Notes: generated by a model from the letters alone, not told the origin. A DNA stretch of 63,934 bases, filler included, from Octopus bimaculoides (GCF_001194135.2; 4 parts of 4 records of this genome joined end to end with filler, not necessarily neighbours in it), one strand, 5' to 3'. Positions 12,010 to 24,594 are shown, counted from the whole stretch's first letter. Made by a program: numbers and translations.

Positions 12010-12760
12010 TGAGGGGGTAACTAACCGGAAACGTTCTGTGTGGGACAAGCCCGTTGTAGTTCAGGCTTCCGCCGTTAAAAGCCACTTGATGCAACCCATA
12101 GGCATCAGTCTGCCGACAGGCGTCGTCGTGTGGAGTCGTACTGCCACGTGGGGAGTCTTTGTTTTGTTCGTCGAGTTTTGCGACGGCTGAAACGAAGGAA
12201 CAGCGTGCTTCCGTGAGATTCTGTTTTCTGCTGGGGAAAACGGCGGCCAAAACAGTTGTCGTGCTTCGAACAACTTACAAGGATGCTGCCATGAGAAAAA
12301 ACACAAGTTTTAGGAATGGTCACTTGTTGCTTGATGACCAACGTCGTTCAGAGCGACTGCCATCCTCCCGAAAGTATGAAAACGTCAAGAAAATTCATGA
12401 ACTGATCTCGGAGGACCGTCATTGAACAAATTAACAAATTTGTTGATATGACTGGTGTTTCCTGGAGCTCCTGCCAAAGAACTTTAAACGAGGAATTGCA
12501 AATGAAAAGAGTTGCAGCAAAATTAGTTTCTCGCTTGCTTACAGAAGATAAAAAGCAGTCACGACTGAATATGTGTCGTGAACTGAAAAACAGCTGGGAG
12601 TTGATCCGGACCTTTTTTTCGAAGGTCATCACTGGTGATGAAAGCAGGTGCTGCGGACTTTGCAGATGCGGAAGAGGTGAAGAAGAAAACGACGGAAGCG
12701 TTAAGAGGCATCACTTCGCAAGACTTCCAGCACTGCTTCAAACCGTAGAAAAAAATTAGC
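12010..12760 (+). mobile_element. Internally deleted mariner transposon
   Basis: TA followed by TGAGGGGGTA TIR-like start; EQRASVRFCFLLGKTA (HTH), MKRVAAKLVSRLL, KVITGDES, then jumps to the C-terminal FADAEEVKKKTTEAL..ITSQDFQHCF; right TIR not found. Confidence 0.85.
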
Positions 12761-12789
12761 AATGACAAAGTTTCACAGATAGAAAAGCC

Positions 12790-14068
12790 CCCAGAATTAA
12801 TAGATAAGTATTACGATGTTAATCTATGCGGTCAAATGTTTCTGAACAAAATTCGTGACTACAATAATTTACTGGATAATCCACCTGTTGGACCACCGGG
12901 TGGTAGCACTTTTATGCCTACTTTCAAGATTCAAGGAAAGTTGTACTACCACATAGGAAGTCTCCTGCCATTAGTAAATAGGAAGTCAATCTACGCACAG
13001 CTATATTTCGTTGACACTGAAATTGAGATGAGAAACATGTTGTCATTCAGAGGAGCTTACAATGACCTTAATGAGAACATCCTGCTAGATTTGCAAAGAG
13101 CACTGCAAATGCACAATCCACATGTGAAAAGTTTTAAACAGGATATTGATATAATTAAGGAATACTCTGCACAAGGAAAACGTTCTACCGGTGATATAAT
13201 TATACGTCATGACAAACGTCTTATTCCTGTTGGGTCACATGAGAGAACCTATAGTCCACCGACTGCATCAGAAGTTGTGATCATGGTGGAGATGATACTA
13301 ATAATCCAAACATTAAACCTGCGGATGTTGTGCAGTACAGAGTGAGCAATAGGAAGATAGACTACGTTAGTCAAATCCACAGAAGCTATGACCCTCTTCA
13401 TTATGTACTTCAGTTTCCCTGTGGGGAAAATGGCTGGAATGTGCTCTTGAAAGACAATGACCGAAGCAAAAGCATCACTGAATGTGACTTATTCTTAGTG
13501 GCTTCAGGTAAGAACGGACGAGTTCATTGGCATAATGAAAGTAGACGACTGATGCAACAATATGCAGTAGATCAATATGCAAAGATAGAGCATATCTTCA
13601 GTCTTGAGAAGCAACTCAAGATTGAAAAGTACCAGGGCCTTCTGGATGCAATTGCAAATGATGACACGAATGACGTAGGGTCTAAAATCATTCTTCCGCC
13701 ATCACATACTGGTTCTCCTCGGTTTTACAGGGAGTGTTTCCAACCTGGAATGGCTCTGGTGGGAGAGTCTGGAAAACCAGATTACTTCATCACTATGACA
13801 ACCAACCCAAAGTAGACTGAGATAACAGAAGCCCTGTTTAGTTCTGGGAACAATGAGCATATATTGGCTTTGATTTTGGGAACAAGGTGCATATTTTGGC
13901 TTTGGATTCAGAGTACAAAGGTATGAAAAGAATCTACACTGACAACGTTGTCTATAAGGAAATTCTTTAATTTAATTATAGTGAGTTTCACATCTTTCAA
14001 ACTACGAAAAGGAGTTGAGATATGTACTAGCTGAATCGTCCGCCCGGAGGGCGGTGATTCAGCGCTAG
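12790..14068 (+). mobile_element. Internally deleted Helitron (Rep N-terminal part, helicase C-terminal tail, 3' terminus)
   Basis: TFKIQGKLYYHIGSLLP, YAQLYFVDTE, HRSYDPLHYVLQFPCGENGW, QQYAVDQYAKIE, ILPPSHTGSPR..GKPDYFITMTTNPK; then YTDNVVYKEIL* (13935-13970); hairpin CCGCCC-GGA-GGGCGG (14040-14054), 10 nt spacer, CTAG (14065-14068), then T. Confidence 0.92.
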
Positions 14069-14569
14069 TATAATATAAGAGTGCCTATTTTTCCTAACTC
14101 AAGAATTGTTATATCTATCTATATATATATATATATATATATNNNNNNNNNNNNNNNNNNNNNNNNNNNNNNNNNNNNNNNNNNNNNNNNNNNNNNNNNN
14201 NNNNNNNNNNNNNNNNNNNNNNNNNNNNNNNNNNNNNNNNNNNNNNNNNNNNNNNNNNNNNNNNNNNNNNNNNNNNNNNNNNNNNNNNNNNNNNNNNNNN
14301 NNNNNNNNNNNNNNNNNNNNNNNNNNNNNNNNNNNNNNNNNNNNNNNNNNNNNNNNNNNNNNNNNNNNNNNNNNNNNNNNNNNNNNNNNNNNNNNNNNNN
14401 NNNNNNNNNNNNNNNNNNNNNNNNNNNNNNNNNNNNNNNNNNNNNNNNNNNNNNNNNNNNNNNNNNNNNNNNNNNNNNNNNNNNNNNNNNNNNNNNNNNN
14501 NNNNNNNNNNNNNNNNNNNNNNNNNNNNNNNNNNNNNNNNNNNNNNNNNNNNNNNNNNNNNNNNNNNNN

Positions 14570-14961
14570 GTGTAGAACTTTTGCTTGTGGCGGCGTGTTT
14601 TGAAATCCGATGTATTAATAATTTTTTCTGTGGGCGAATCTGATTTTTGATTCGTTAAAGTACTCTAAATCACTAAACAAACACCAGTTGCCGACGTCAT
14701 CTATCTCTAGACCAATGAAATTTTACAAACACTAGTTGCTGACGTCATACAACAAAATGACCCTTTAAGAGAATCAACCAGCCGAAACAACTGATGACCG
14801 TTCCCCACAGGGAAGCCAATCAGGCAGAACGACAAACTTGACCACCGGAAAAACAAGACGTCACCAATACTTTAACGAATCAAAAATCAGATCCGCCCGC
14901 GGAAAAAAATTATAAATACACCAGATTTCAAAACACGCCGCTACAAGCGAAAGTTCTACAC
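14570..14961. mobile_element. Foldback MITE-like element with about 93-bp inverted arms
   Basis: 14570-14662 (GTGTAGAACTTTTGCTTGTGGCGGCGTGTTTTGAAATC..) is the reverse complement of 14868-14961; left edge abuts a gap. Confidence 0.75.
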
Positions 14962-15337
14962 ACAACGTAAAGAGGATCTCTACTAACACTAATGAACTTT
15001 GTACATTCAAACAATGATGCACAGTTTTAATATTATTGATTGAACATTTAAACTCGCCAACATCGAAATTCTTGAACACGTTTTTCTAATTCATAATTCT
15101 AAGTTTGTCTGTTATGAACATTTTAATTTGTCAACATTGAAACTTTTAAAGATGTTTTTCTAATTCATAATACTAAATTTTTACCATTGATAAACAAAAA
15201 ATATTGTTGAAACTAGTTTGGTATATGTGAAAATAAATTTATTTTAAACAATTATAAATTTTTCAAATTTAGGTCCATTTTTTACAACAAATTTGCCTAT
15301 ATACGTGTATGTGTGTGTGTGTGTATGTATATAAGAT

Positions 15338-15437
15338 NNNNNNNNNNNNNNNNNNNNNNNNNNNNNNNNNNNNNNNNNNNNTTAATTAATTAANNNNNNN
15401 NNNNNNNNNNNNNNNNNNNNNNNNNNNNNNNNNNNNN
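15338..15437. other. Artificial 100-bp scaffold join (N44-TTAATTAATTAA-N44)
   Basis: Six-frame stop linker at 15382-15393 with exactly 44 N on each side. Confidence 0.95.
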
Positions 15438-15469
<32 letters not shown>

Positions 15470-15597
15470 GCCAAATCTGGCTAACCACATCAAACGTACA
15501 GAATTGTTTAAGATAAATAATTAAGATAAATAAATAATTAAACGCTACTTCACACGATAGGCAGATCCTGCATTTCATTCAGCATACAGAGTATATC

Positions 15598-15745
15598 GTA
15601 GCACTCCGTCGGTTACGACGATGAGGGTTCTAGTTGATCCGATCAACGGAACAGCCTGCTCGTGAAATTAACGTGTAAGTGGCTGAGCACTCCACAGACA
15701 CATGTATCCTTAACGCAGTTCTCGGGGATATTCAGCGTGACAAAG
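15598..15745 (-). mobile_element. SINE family C, 3' portion
   Basis: Reverse complement of the 3' half of the 16905-17228 copy (..GAGTGCTCAGCCAC..CACGAGCAGGCTGTTCCGTTGATC..AACCGACGGAGTGC). Confidence 0.85.
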
Positions 15746-16904
15746 AGTGTGACAAGGCTGGCCCTTTTGAAATACAGGTGCAACAGAAACAGGAAGAAAG
15801 AGTGAGAGAAAGTTCTGGTGAAAGAGTAGAGCAAGGTTCGCCACCACCCCCTGCCGGAGCCTCGTGGATCTTTAGGTGTTTTCTTCACTAAATACATATA
15901 GGCAAGATATTCGCTTCCTTCCGCCATCGTCGATGAAAGAGCTAAAGCGTTATTTTACATGAAGAATGGTTCACAATTCCTCTAACAACCGTTCAGAAAC
16001 TATAATTACTTTGCCTTATTAAGGCAGTGATTGGTGCCAAAGATGAACCAACTTTGTATTGAATAAAACTTCCATTTCACAAGATGTCATTATTTTGCTC
16101 AACCNNNNNNNNNNNNNNNNNNNNNNNNNNNNNNNNNNNNNNNNNNNNNNNNNNNNNNNNNNNNNNNNNNNNNNNNNNNNNNNNNNNNNNNNNNNNNNNN
16201 NNNNNNNNNNNNNNNNNNNNNNNNNNNNNNNNNNNNNNNNNNNNNNNNNNNNNNNNNNNNNNNNNNNNNNNNNNNNNNNNNNNNNNNNNNNNNNNNNNNN
16301 NNNNNNNNNNNNNNNNNNNNNNNNNNNNNNNNNNNNNNNNNNNNNNNNNNNNNNNNNNNNNNNNNNNNNNNNNNNNNNNNNNNNNNNNNNNNNNNNNNNN
16401 NNNNNNNNNNNNNNNNNNNNNNNNNNNNNNNNNNNNNNNNNNNNNNNNNNNNNNNNNNNNNNNNNTATATGTATGTGTGTGTGTTTGTATAAAATTATAG
16501 TCTACATTTATTGTATGAAAATAATTCTTATGAAAACGAACAACTGGAAAATATTATATTGAAAGTAATTATAAGTTCGTAGCTTATTGGTTTAAAAATT
16601 GTTTAATAAAGATGTAGAAAAATAATTATTATGCCTCATAAATAATTGACGCATCATTATTGTTCATAAGCAATTGATACTAAATTAAGAGTTTTAAAAT
16701 AATATTGACTAAAATCATGAATAAATAAATAGTCTAATAAATAATCAACAAACGTAGTTAAAATGAATATTAATCGATCTAATATCGTAGACTGTTGTCT
16801 TTTCCGAAATCTATTGAGAGAAGAGCAAAGCGACGTATCTTGTTCGAAGATATAAAGAACTAGGGAGACATATGGAAGCGATTATAGCCAGAAACAAGCG
16901 GGTG

Positions 16905-17228
16905 TAACATGGTCGTTGCTCCTGGTTAAGGTATTCGGCTCATGATCATAAAGACGTGAGTTCGATTCCAGGCAGTCGCTTTTGTCCTTGAGCAAGGACT
17001 TTATTTCACGTTGCTTCCGCCCACTCAGCTGACAAAAATGAGTTGTTCCTGAAGTTCAAAGGGCCAGCCTTGTTACATTCGGTGTCACGTCAAATCACAC
17101 CGTAAACTATGTTAAGGGCACACGTGTCTGTGGAGTGCTCAGCCATATGCACGTTTATTTCACGAGTAGACTGTTCCGTTGGTTGGATCAACTGGAACGC
17201 TCGTCGTCGCAACCGACGGAGTGCCAGT
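16905..17228 (+). mobile_element. tRNA-derived SINE, family C, full length
   Basis: A-box-like TGGTTAAGG, B-box GAGTTCGATTCC, CCTTGAGCAAG core, tail ..AACCGACGGAGTGCCA. Confidence 0.85.
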
Positions 17229-17537
17229 GAAGCATTTTAGTTTCGATTTATCTCGTTTTGAAATGTTTTAAATTTTGTATTCGTTGCTATCCCCTTTTCT
17301 GGCTGGCACTTATTCCCACTTCCCCAGTGATGGTCATATTTAGTCATTTAGTCATTAATAAACAAACAGAGGATATCTGCGAGGGTATATTAAATATTTA
17401 AGACAAAACTTCAAATGCCCTACAGCTCATTGCTCGCAAAACCTGCCAAGATTTTTCCATCGAGTGAAAGTAGAAAAAGCCAGTTCCCTCGGCGTCCACT
17501 CTTGGGAAAGAAAACAACAACAATGATAATTGCAAAC

Positions 17538-17748
17538 GTTTCAAATTTTGGCACAAGACCAGCAATTTTTAGGGGAGGGACGACGTCGACTACATCGGCC
17601 CAGTGCTCAACAAGTATTTACTTTATTGACCCCGAAAGGATGAAAGACAAAGTCGACCTCGGAGGAATTTGAACTCAGAACGTAAAGACGGATCAAATAC
17701 TGCTAAGCATCTCGCCTGGTGTGCTAATGATTCTGCCAGCTCACCACC
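17538..17748 (-). mobile_element. tRNA-derived SINE, family B
   Basis: Minus strand GAGCTGGCAGAATCATTAGC..CTGAGTTCAAATTCC..GGTCGAC..CTTTCGGGGTC..; 5' flank is (TTA)n. Confidence 0.88.
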
Positions 17749-17750
17749 TT

Positions 17751-17950
<200 letters not shown>

Positions 17951-17954
17951 TAAA

Positions 17955-18492
17955 TGCTCTGATGCAGTACCAGGCAGTGGCTCTCATGGCTTCATCGTGT
18001 GCATTGTTTTGTCTTGGTATAAAAGATGGGCTACAGCAAATATTCTGCTCAGTACCAAAGGTTTGCTTGTCAGTTGCTTGACCTTAACCAGTTGAGCATG
18101 TCCCTTGGTGGCTGACGATATGTGCATCTCTGATCATGAGCAGAAGTAGTTGGGGAGTATCACAGGGGTTTGAATAATTCACTTCTGGAAACAGGTGTTT
18201 CCTTCAACGTCATTAAACAATCCTTATTCAGGGACTTTTGAGTGGAATGGGCTACGCAACCTGAAGAAAATTCTAACTGGGCCCCACTTGCATGATCATC
18301 CACTGTTTATCTTGATATGAGATCACTATGTCACGCACATATGGTTGTGATGCATGTGCCTGGTGTACCCTTATCAGACGGGTAGTCATGATGGGTATAC
18401 TGGGCTTCGTATATTTTACCCCAGTGTCATTTTGATTACATGCTCTGCTCTCACTCAATAATAATAATAATAATAATAATAATAGTAATAAT
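17955..18492 (+). mobile_element. Retroposon 3'-end-like segment with (TAA)n tail, embedded in (TAA)n
   Basis: Higher-GC unique-looking block bounded by (TAA)n on both sides and ending ..CTCTCACTC(AAT)n; recognised as a recurrent octopus-type LINE 3' region, family not established. Confidence 0.45.
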
Positions 18493-18935
18493 AATTTCCT
18501 ACATAAGACCAGGAATTTTCTCGATGGGGTCGTTTTTATTGCGCTAAAATGGAGTTTCTTTCCCACTTGACAAAGTGTATGAATCTGCCCGTTTAATTAA
18601 ATTTCTTTCCTTGAATCGTTTGTGATCTTTGTTGTTATACACAACGCAGCTTTTTAAAGGCAAGGGGTAGGGGTGGGTTATATTGAAGCCATATTGAAAT
18701 GAATTTAAATAGATGAAAAGTATCTAAAACAAAAACAAACAAAAAACAAACAAGAACTATAAATTCTCCTTCCCTAGAGGTTTGAGACAGACGTTCACAC
18801 ACTCCAAAGTCTCCTTTTTGAAAAATAAGTTGGAACTGAAAAAAATTCGTTCAGTAAAACTTGGTAAAATTCCAAATGCTCGGAGTCATCTAAAAACACG
18901 TCCGTTGACGCCAAGATAGAAATATCATCATCATC

Positions 18936-18970
<35 letters not shown>

Positions 18971-19011
18971 GATCGTGATGTCACTGATAATAATAAAAAT
19001 TATGGTAATAA

Positions 19012-19226
19012 TCCTTTCTACTATAAGCACAAGGCCTGAAATTTGGGGGAGGGGAACAGTCGATTGCATCGACACCAGAACACAACTGGTACTTATTTTG
19101 TCGACCTCAAAAGGATGGAAGGCAAAATTGACCTCAGCGGAATTTGAACTCAGAACGTAAGAGCGGGCGAAATACCGCTAAGTATTTCGCCCGGCGTGCT
19201 AACGATTCCGCCAGCTCGCTGCCTTA
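19012..19226 (-). mobile_element. SINE family B, full length
   Basis: Same head/core as 17538 copy; (TAA)n on both flanks. Confidence 0.9.
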
Positions 19227-19499
19227 ATAATAATAGTAATAATAATAATAATAATAATAATGATAATAATAATAATAATAATAATAATGCTGATGATGAT
19301 AATGATTGAACAATATTTCGACAATATGCCTGTCATCTTTGTGTTAAGATGGAAAAAAAAATACGCAGAGATACAGAAATTACACACACACACACACACA
19401 CACATGTATGTATGTATATATAAGTGTATATTTAAGTTTGTATGTATATATATATATGACTTTGAGTTAGTGTATATGTGTGCGTATCTTTGTAATTGT

Positions 19500-19700
19500 G
19501 TATGTCCCCACCCCAACGGTTGACAACCGTTGTTGGTGTGTTTACGTCCCCGTAACTTAGCGGTTTGGCAAAAGAGTACGTTAAAATCAGTACCAGACTG
19601 AAGGTAAATACTGGAGTCGTTTCGTCCAACTAAATAAAAAACCCTTGAAGGTGGTGCCCCAGCATGGCCGCAATCCAATGATTGAAACAAGTGGAAGATA
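19500..19700 (+). mobile_element. SINE family A, 3' half
   Basis: TTGACAACCG..GTTTACGTCCCCGTAACTTAGCGG..CCCCAGCATGGCCGCA..GAAACAAG. Confidence 0.85.
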
Positions 19701-20868
19701 GATGATAGAAAAGAAAATAAAAGCAAGCAGGCAATAGAAGATGAAGCAGTAAAAAAAACTCAAGAAAGAACAAAGCCGAGCTGATGCAGAATGTGCAAGC
19801 TCAGTTTTCCATTAAAAGCAGACGATACCGTACACACTTCAATAAGATGGTGCACCAGATGATACAGTAGGAAGGCGCATGAAATTGATGGAAACACGAT
19901 GATAATAAAAATATATAAACAAATAATGAGAGCAATGCAAATTTATTAATATGAGAGCGGTTGAGGGAGATAGAGAAGGAAGGAGGTTAAGAGTGGGAGA
20001 GAAAGATGGCAGTAGTTAAAGTAGGATAAGCACTAACGAACTAATGCAAATGATGAAATATAAGCCGTGAAAAATAAGCTGTTAAATGAAAGCTGAGAAA
20101 ATCAACAAAGTAAATTATACTGTGTGAAAGGGAAGCGAGCATATGTTATCGTTGTATACTAGCAAGTATTAAACAGTGAAGTACGTTATTATATAAAAGC
20201 CCTGGAACTAAAGATATTTCGTATGATGTGGTTTACCGTTATGTTACTTAATTTGCTAAATGTAATGTGAAATCTAAGCCGTAAAATGTAAGCTATAAAT
20301 GAAATGTAACTTGCAAAAATCCCAAATGTTCATAGCGTTCTGAGATGAGTGTTTGACATATGAAGCGCACCAGAATACAGATTCTCTTTTGATGTAACTC
20401 GTAAAAGTATTATTTACACAAATCAATACGAAATACATTTCTGTTTAATAAGAACATACATTTACTAAGAACTTTTATTCAATTAGAATTTACATTCAAT
20501 ATGGAATATATACACTCAACTAGAATATACAAAACCAATCCTTTCTGAAACGAAATTCTCAGTGGGGTTGGTATTCAAATTCTCTCAACACCTATCGTAT
20601 TTACTCGTTCATAAGTCACACTTCGGTGTTTCAGTTAAAATCTTGTATGAAATAGCGCAGCTTGTACACAAATAAATACAGCACACACACACAAACACAC
20701 ACACCGTGTTCATTTGCATATAAGTCGCATCCCTAATTTTGTGTTAAATCTTGCAACAAATATTTTTTCTCTCATAATATTAGCTTCAACCCGTGTATCA
20801 ATCGCAGCCTAGGGTCTTCATTTAAAATCAAGCTTGAAATAGTGCAACTTATATACTAGTAAATGCGG

Positions 20869-20927
<59 letters not shown>

Positions 20928-21004
20928 GTGCATAATTCAAGGGAAGACACATTGGAATAGTTTCGAATTCCCTCCTCCAAGAAAGACTTCAGTTCAACTC
21001 CACA

Positions 21005-21067
<63 letters not shown>

Positions 21068-21069
21068 TA

Positions 21070-21250
21070 ATGGTTTCAAATTTTGCCACCACAAGGGCAG
21101 CAATTTTGGGGGAGGGGATAGGTCGATTATGTCAACCCCCAGTGTTTCACTGGTACTTAATTTATCAACCCTGAAAGGATGAAAGGCAAATCGACTCCGG
21201 TGGCATTTGAACTTAGAACATAACGATAGATGAAATACCGCCAGGCGAAA
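21070..21250 (-). mobile_element. SINE family B, 5'-truncated
   Basis: Core and tail match 17538 copy; (TAA)n at tail. Confidence 0.8.
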
Positions 21251-21291
21251 TGAGTGAAGCGAGTAAAAGACGCATACATACATACATACAA

Positions 21292-21368
<77 letters not shown>

Positions 21369-22815
21369 NNNNNNNNNNNNNNNNNNNNNNNNNNNNNNNN
21401 NNNNNNNNNNNNNNNNNNNNNNNNNNNNNNNNNNNNNNNNNNNNNNNNNNNNNNNNNNNNNNNNNNNNNNNNNNNNNNNNNNNNNNNNNNNNNNNNNNNN
21501 NNNNNNNNNNNNNNNNNNNNNNNNNNNNNNNNNNNNNNNNNNNNNNNNNNNNNNNNNNNNNNNNNNNNNNNNNNNNNNNNNNNNNNNNNNNNNNNNNNNN
21601 NNNNNNNNNNNNNNNNNNNNNNNNNNNNNNNNNNNNNNNNNNNNNNNNNNNNNNNNNNNNNNNNNNNNNNNNNNNNNNNNNNNNNNNNNNNNNNNNNNNN
21701 NNNNNNNNNNNNNNNNNNNNNNNNNNNNNNNNNNNNNNNNNNNNNNNNNNNNNNNNNNNNNNNNNNNNNNNNNNNNNNNNNNNNNNNNNNNNNNNNNNNN
21801 NNNNNNNNNNNNNNNNNNNNNNNNNNNNNNNNNNNNNNNNNNNNNNNNNNNNNNNNNNNNNNNNNNNNNNNNNNNNNNNNNNNNNNNNNNNNNNNNNNNN
21901 NNNNNNNNNNNNNNNNNNNNNNNNNNNNNNNNNNNNNNNNNNNNNNNNNNNNNNNNNNNNNNNNNNNNNNNNNNNNNNNNNNNNNNNNNNNNNNNNTATA
22001 TATATATATATATATATCGTCCGGAACAGCATGCTCATGAAATTAACGTGCAAGTGGCTGAGTACACCTTTAGAGTCTACAAACTACTTAGGCCATAAAT
22101 GTGTTCTACATGTTTTTTTGTGTATAAGTCTGAGTCCCTTGGTTGATAAAGATAAGGTTGGATGAGTGTCATGCTGATGACGGTTGTCGAGGCAGAAACA
22201 TGCGTTCACCACTGTCCTCTATTCTCCAGACCAATAAACCAGACCTTTTTCCGTAATGGCATGTCAGCTTTGGAGAATTCTCGAATCTTGAGATTATCTT
22301 CCCTTCTCAAGTGAAGCTTGTTTTAATTATCATTTGGTAATTATGGTACATCCTCTACAGGTGGATATGGTTTTAAGAAAGCAAAAATTCATATTGTATA
22401 GTATTAGATATACCTGTATTTCTTTATGTTGTTTAATATAATAAAACTGACTCAAAACATGCAGGAAAAGAAAAAAGCAAGAACTGCAAATGGAACAAAA
22501 GCGTATGTATGAAGGCAGAATAAGAACCGCTACAGAGATAAAGTAATTGCTTGTTTTATGTATTGTATACCTGTTTAGAATTACGTAAAGATACAGAAAG
22601 CTAAAATAAAAGACAGTTATTTTGTTATTTATAAAACTAATGTGAACAATAAACATACTCTCTAAATTTTCTTACATGATAAGAGCCTAAAAATAATTCA
22701 ACTTTAGAGAAATACCTGGATAAGAATTCAAAATATATATACAAATATAATTAGTTTATTGTTCCGTTAGGAGAAGATCAAAAAAAAAAGTTCTCCATTC
22801 AGTGAGAGATAAATA

Positions 22816-23039
22816 TTATTTAATGTACACAGTATGAAGATACAAGCTACTAATAGTTTCTTGCTGTGAAGACACGTGTCTTGGTAGATTTTTATGACAC
22901 GCCTTGTATCTCCAACCAATCTTCAGTCCTGAAGATTGCTTGGAGTCACAAGGCGTGTTATAAAAACCTGCATAGACACGTGTTTTCACAGCAAGAAACC
23001 ATTAAAACTTCGTGTATTTACACTGTGTATATTAAATAA
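22816..23039. repeat. Long imperfect palindrome (about 110-bp arms, 2-nt loop)
   Basis: GTTTCTTGCTGTGAAGACACGTGTCT..GACACGCCTTGT..CAATCTTCAG-TC-CTGAAGATTG..ACAAGGCGTGTT..AGACACGTGTTTTCACAGCAAGAAAC. Confidence 0.85.
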
Positions 23040-23519
23040 GGCAAATAATTGTATACAAAAGCCTCACTTTAAATCTCATGATAAGTTAGGATGTGTAAAT
23101 CTAACGGAAATAACAAACTCAGCCCTGCACCCACCAGAAAAAACAAACTTGTTGTGTTCGTTGAATATATATGAATAATATGCTATATATAACCTATTGT
23201 TAAATTTAATTCACCCATCTTTATATTGAATAATACAATCGACTAGAGTTAGCTGACATTAATATATTTAACATATACCTAGTGATGTATTAACTGAGTA
23301 ACGTATACAAACAGAATCAACCAAATATCACAGAGGTATATTAAATAAACAGAGACAAACATACACAACACATATTCATGTTGGAGACAGATATAAACAT
23401 TGTTACAGACTGATATCCGAATTCATTAGCAACTCTCACCTACCCAGACAATACAAATACACACTGACAGTTTTCTTTCTCTCTCTGTCACTCTGACTGT
23501 CTGTCTGTCTCTGTCTGTA

Positions 23520-23587
<68 letters not shown>

Positions 23588-23934
23588 NNNNNNNNNNNNN
23601 NNNNNNNNNNNNNNNNNNNNNNNNNNNNNNNNNNNNNNNNNNNNNNNNNNNNNNNNNNNNNNNNNNNNNNNNNNNNNNNNNNNNNNNNNNNNNNNNNNNN
23701 NNNNNNNNNNNNNNNNNNNNNNNNNNNNNNNNNNNNNNNNNNNNNNNNNNNNNNNNNNNNNNNNNNNNNNNNNNNNNNNNNNNNNNNNNNNNNNNNNNNN
23801 NNNNNNNNNNNNNNNNNNNNNNNNNNNNNNNNNNNNNNNNNNNNNNNNNNNNNNNNNNNNNNNNNNNNNNNNNNNNNNNNNNNNNNNNNNNNNNNNNNNN
23901 NNNNNNNNNNNNNNNNNNNNNNNNNNNNNNNNNN

Positions 23935-23974
<40 letters not shown>

Positions 23975-24054
23975 AATATACATATGAATACACTCACACA
24001 CACATATACATATGTACATGTGTGTGTGTGTGTGTGTATTTTACGCTTTGTCAA

Positions 24055-24226
24055 TCGGTGTCGGTTTGTTTACGACTTCATAACAGAGCAGTTTGGGAAA
24101 AGAGACCGATAGAATAAGTACCAGACTTAAAAGAAAAATAAGTACTGGGAGCCGATTTGTTCAAAGAAAACCCTCCAAGGCAGTGCCCCAGCATGGCCGC
24201 AGTGCAACGACTGAAAGAAGCAAAAG
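24055..24226 (+). mobile_element. SINE family A, 3' half
   Basis: AAGAGACCGATAGAATAAGTAC..CCCCAGCATGGCCGCAG. Confidence 0.8.
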
Positions 24227-24433
24227 AGAAACGATTACATTCTTGAGACTTCTCATATCCAGTTCAATAAATATTGCAGAGATATCAGCTTTGCAGAAGG
24301 TATATGAGATGAAACTGCCTAACTCCTTCATAAAATGGCTGCTAAAAATAAAGTGCGACAGATATAAAAGGGCGGGAAAAAGGCAGGTCCTTGGTTATTG
24401 TGTAGATCAGCGTTAATCATTGTATATGTTTAC

Positions 24434-24594
24434 TGAAACCTTGGACTGAGATCACTCGGCTTCTATGTCAATGAAGGCCATGGCTATCTGCGTGAAATGA
24501 TGTGAATTACAGAACTCAGTGAACATCGATGCTTTGAACTCGCATTACGGTCCTAGGATCCCATCGTCTCGAGGCCCTGTCCAGTCGAGAAGTC
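24434..24594 (+). pseudogene. Solitary, divergent 5.8S rRNA-like sequence
   Basis: Conserved 5.8S blocks in correct order and spacing: GATCACTCGGCT, GTCAATGAAG, CTGCGTGAA..ATGTGAATT(A)CAG, GAACATCGA..TTTGAAC..CATT.CGG; no 18S/ITS or 28S recognisable beside it; followed by T6. Confidence 0.75.

Noticed and set aside
20720-20870. pogo/Tigger-like TIR remnant
   Set aside because: Only a weak single-end resemblance (TATAAGTCGCA, GCAACTTATA..AAATGCGGT); not enough to call.
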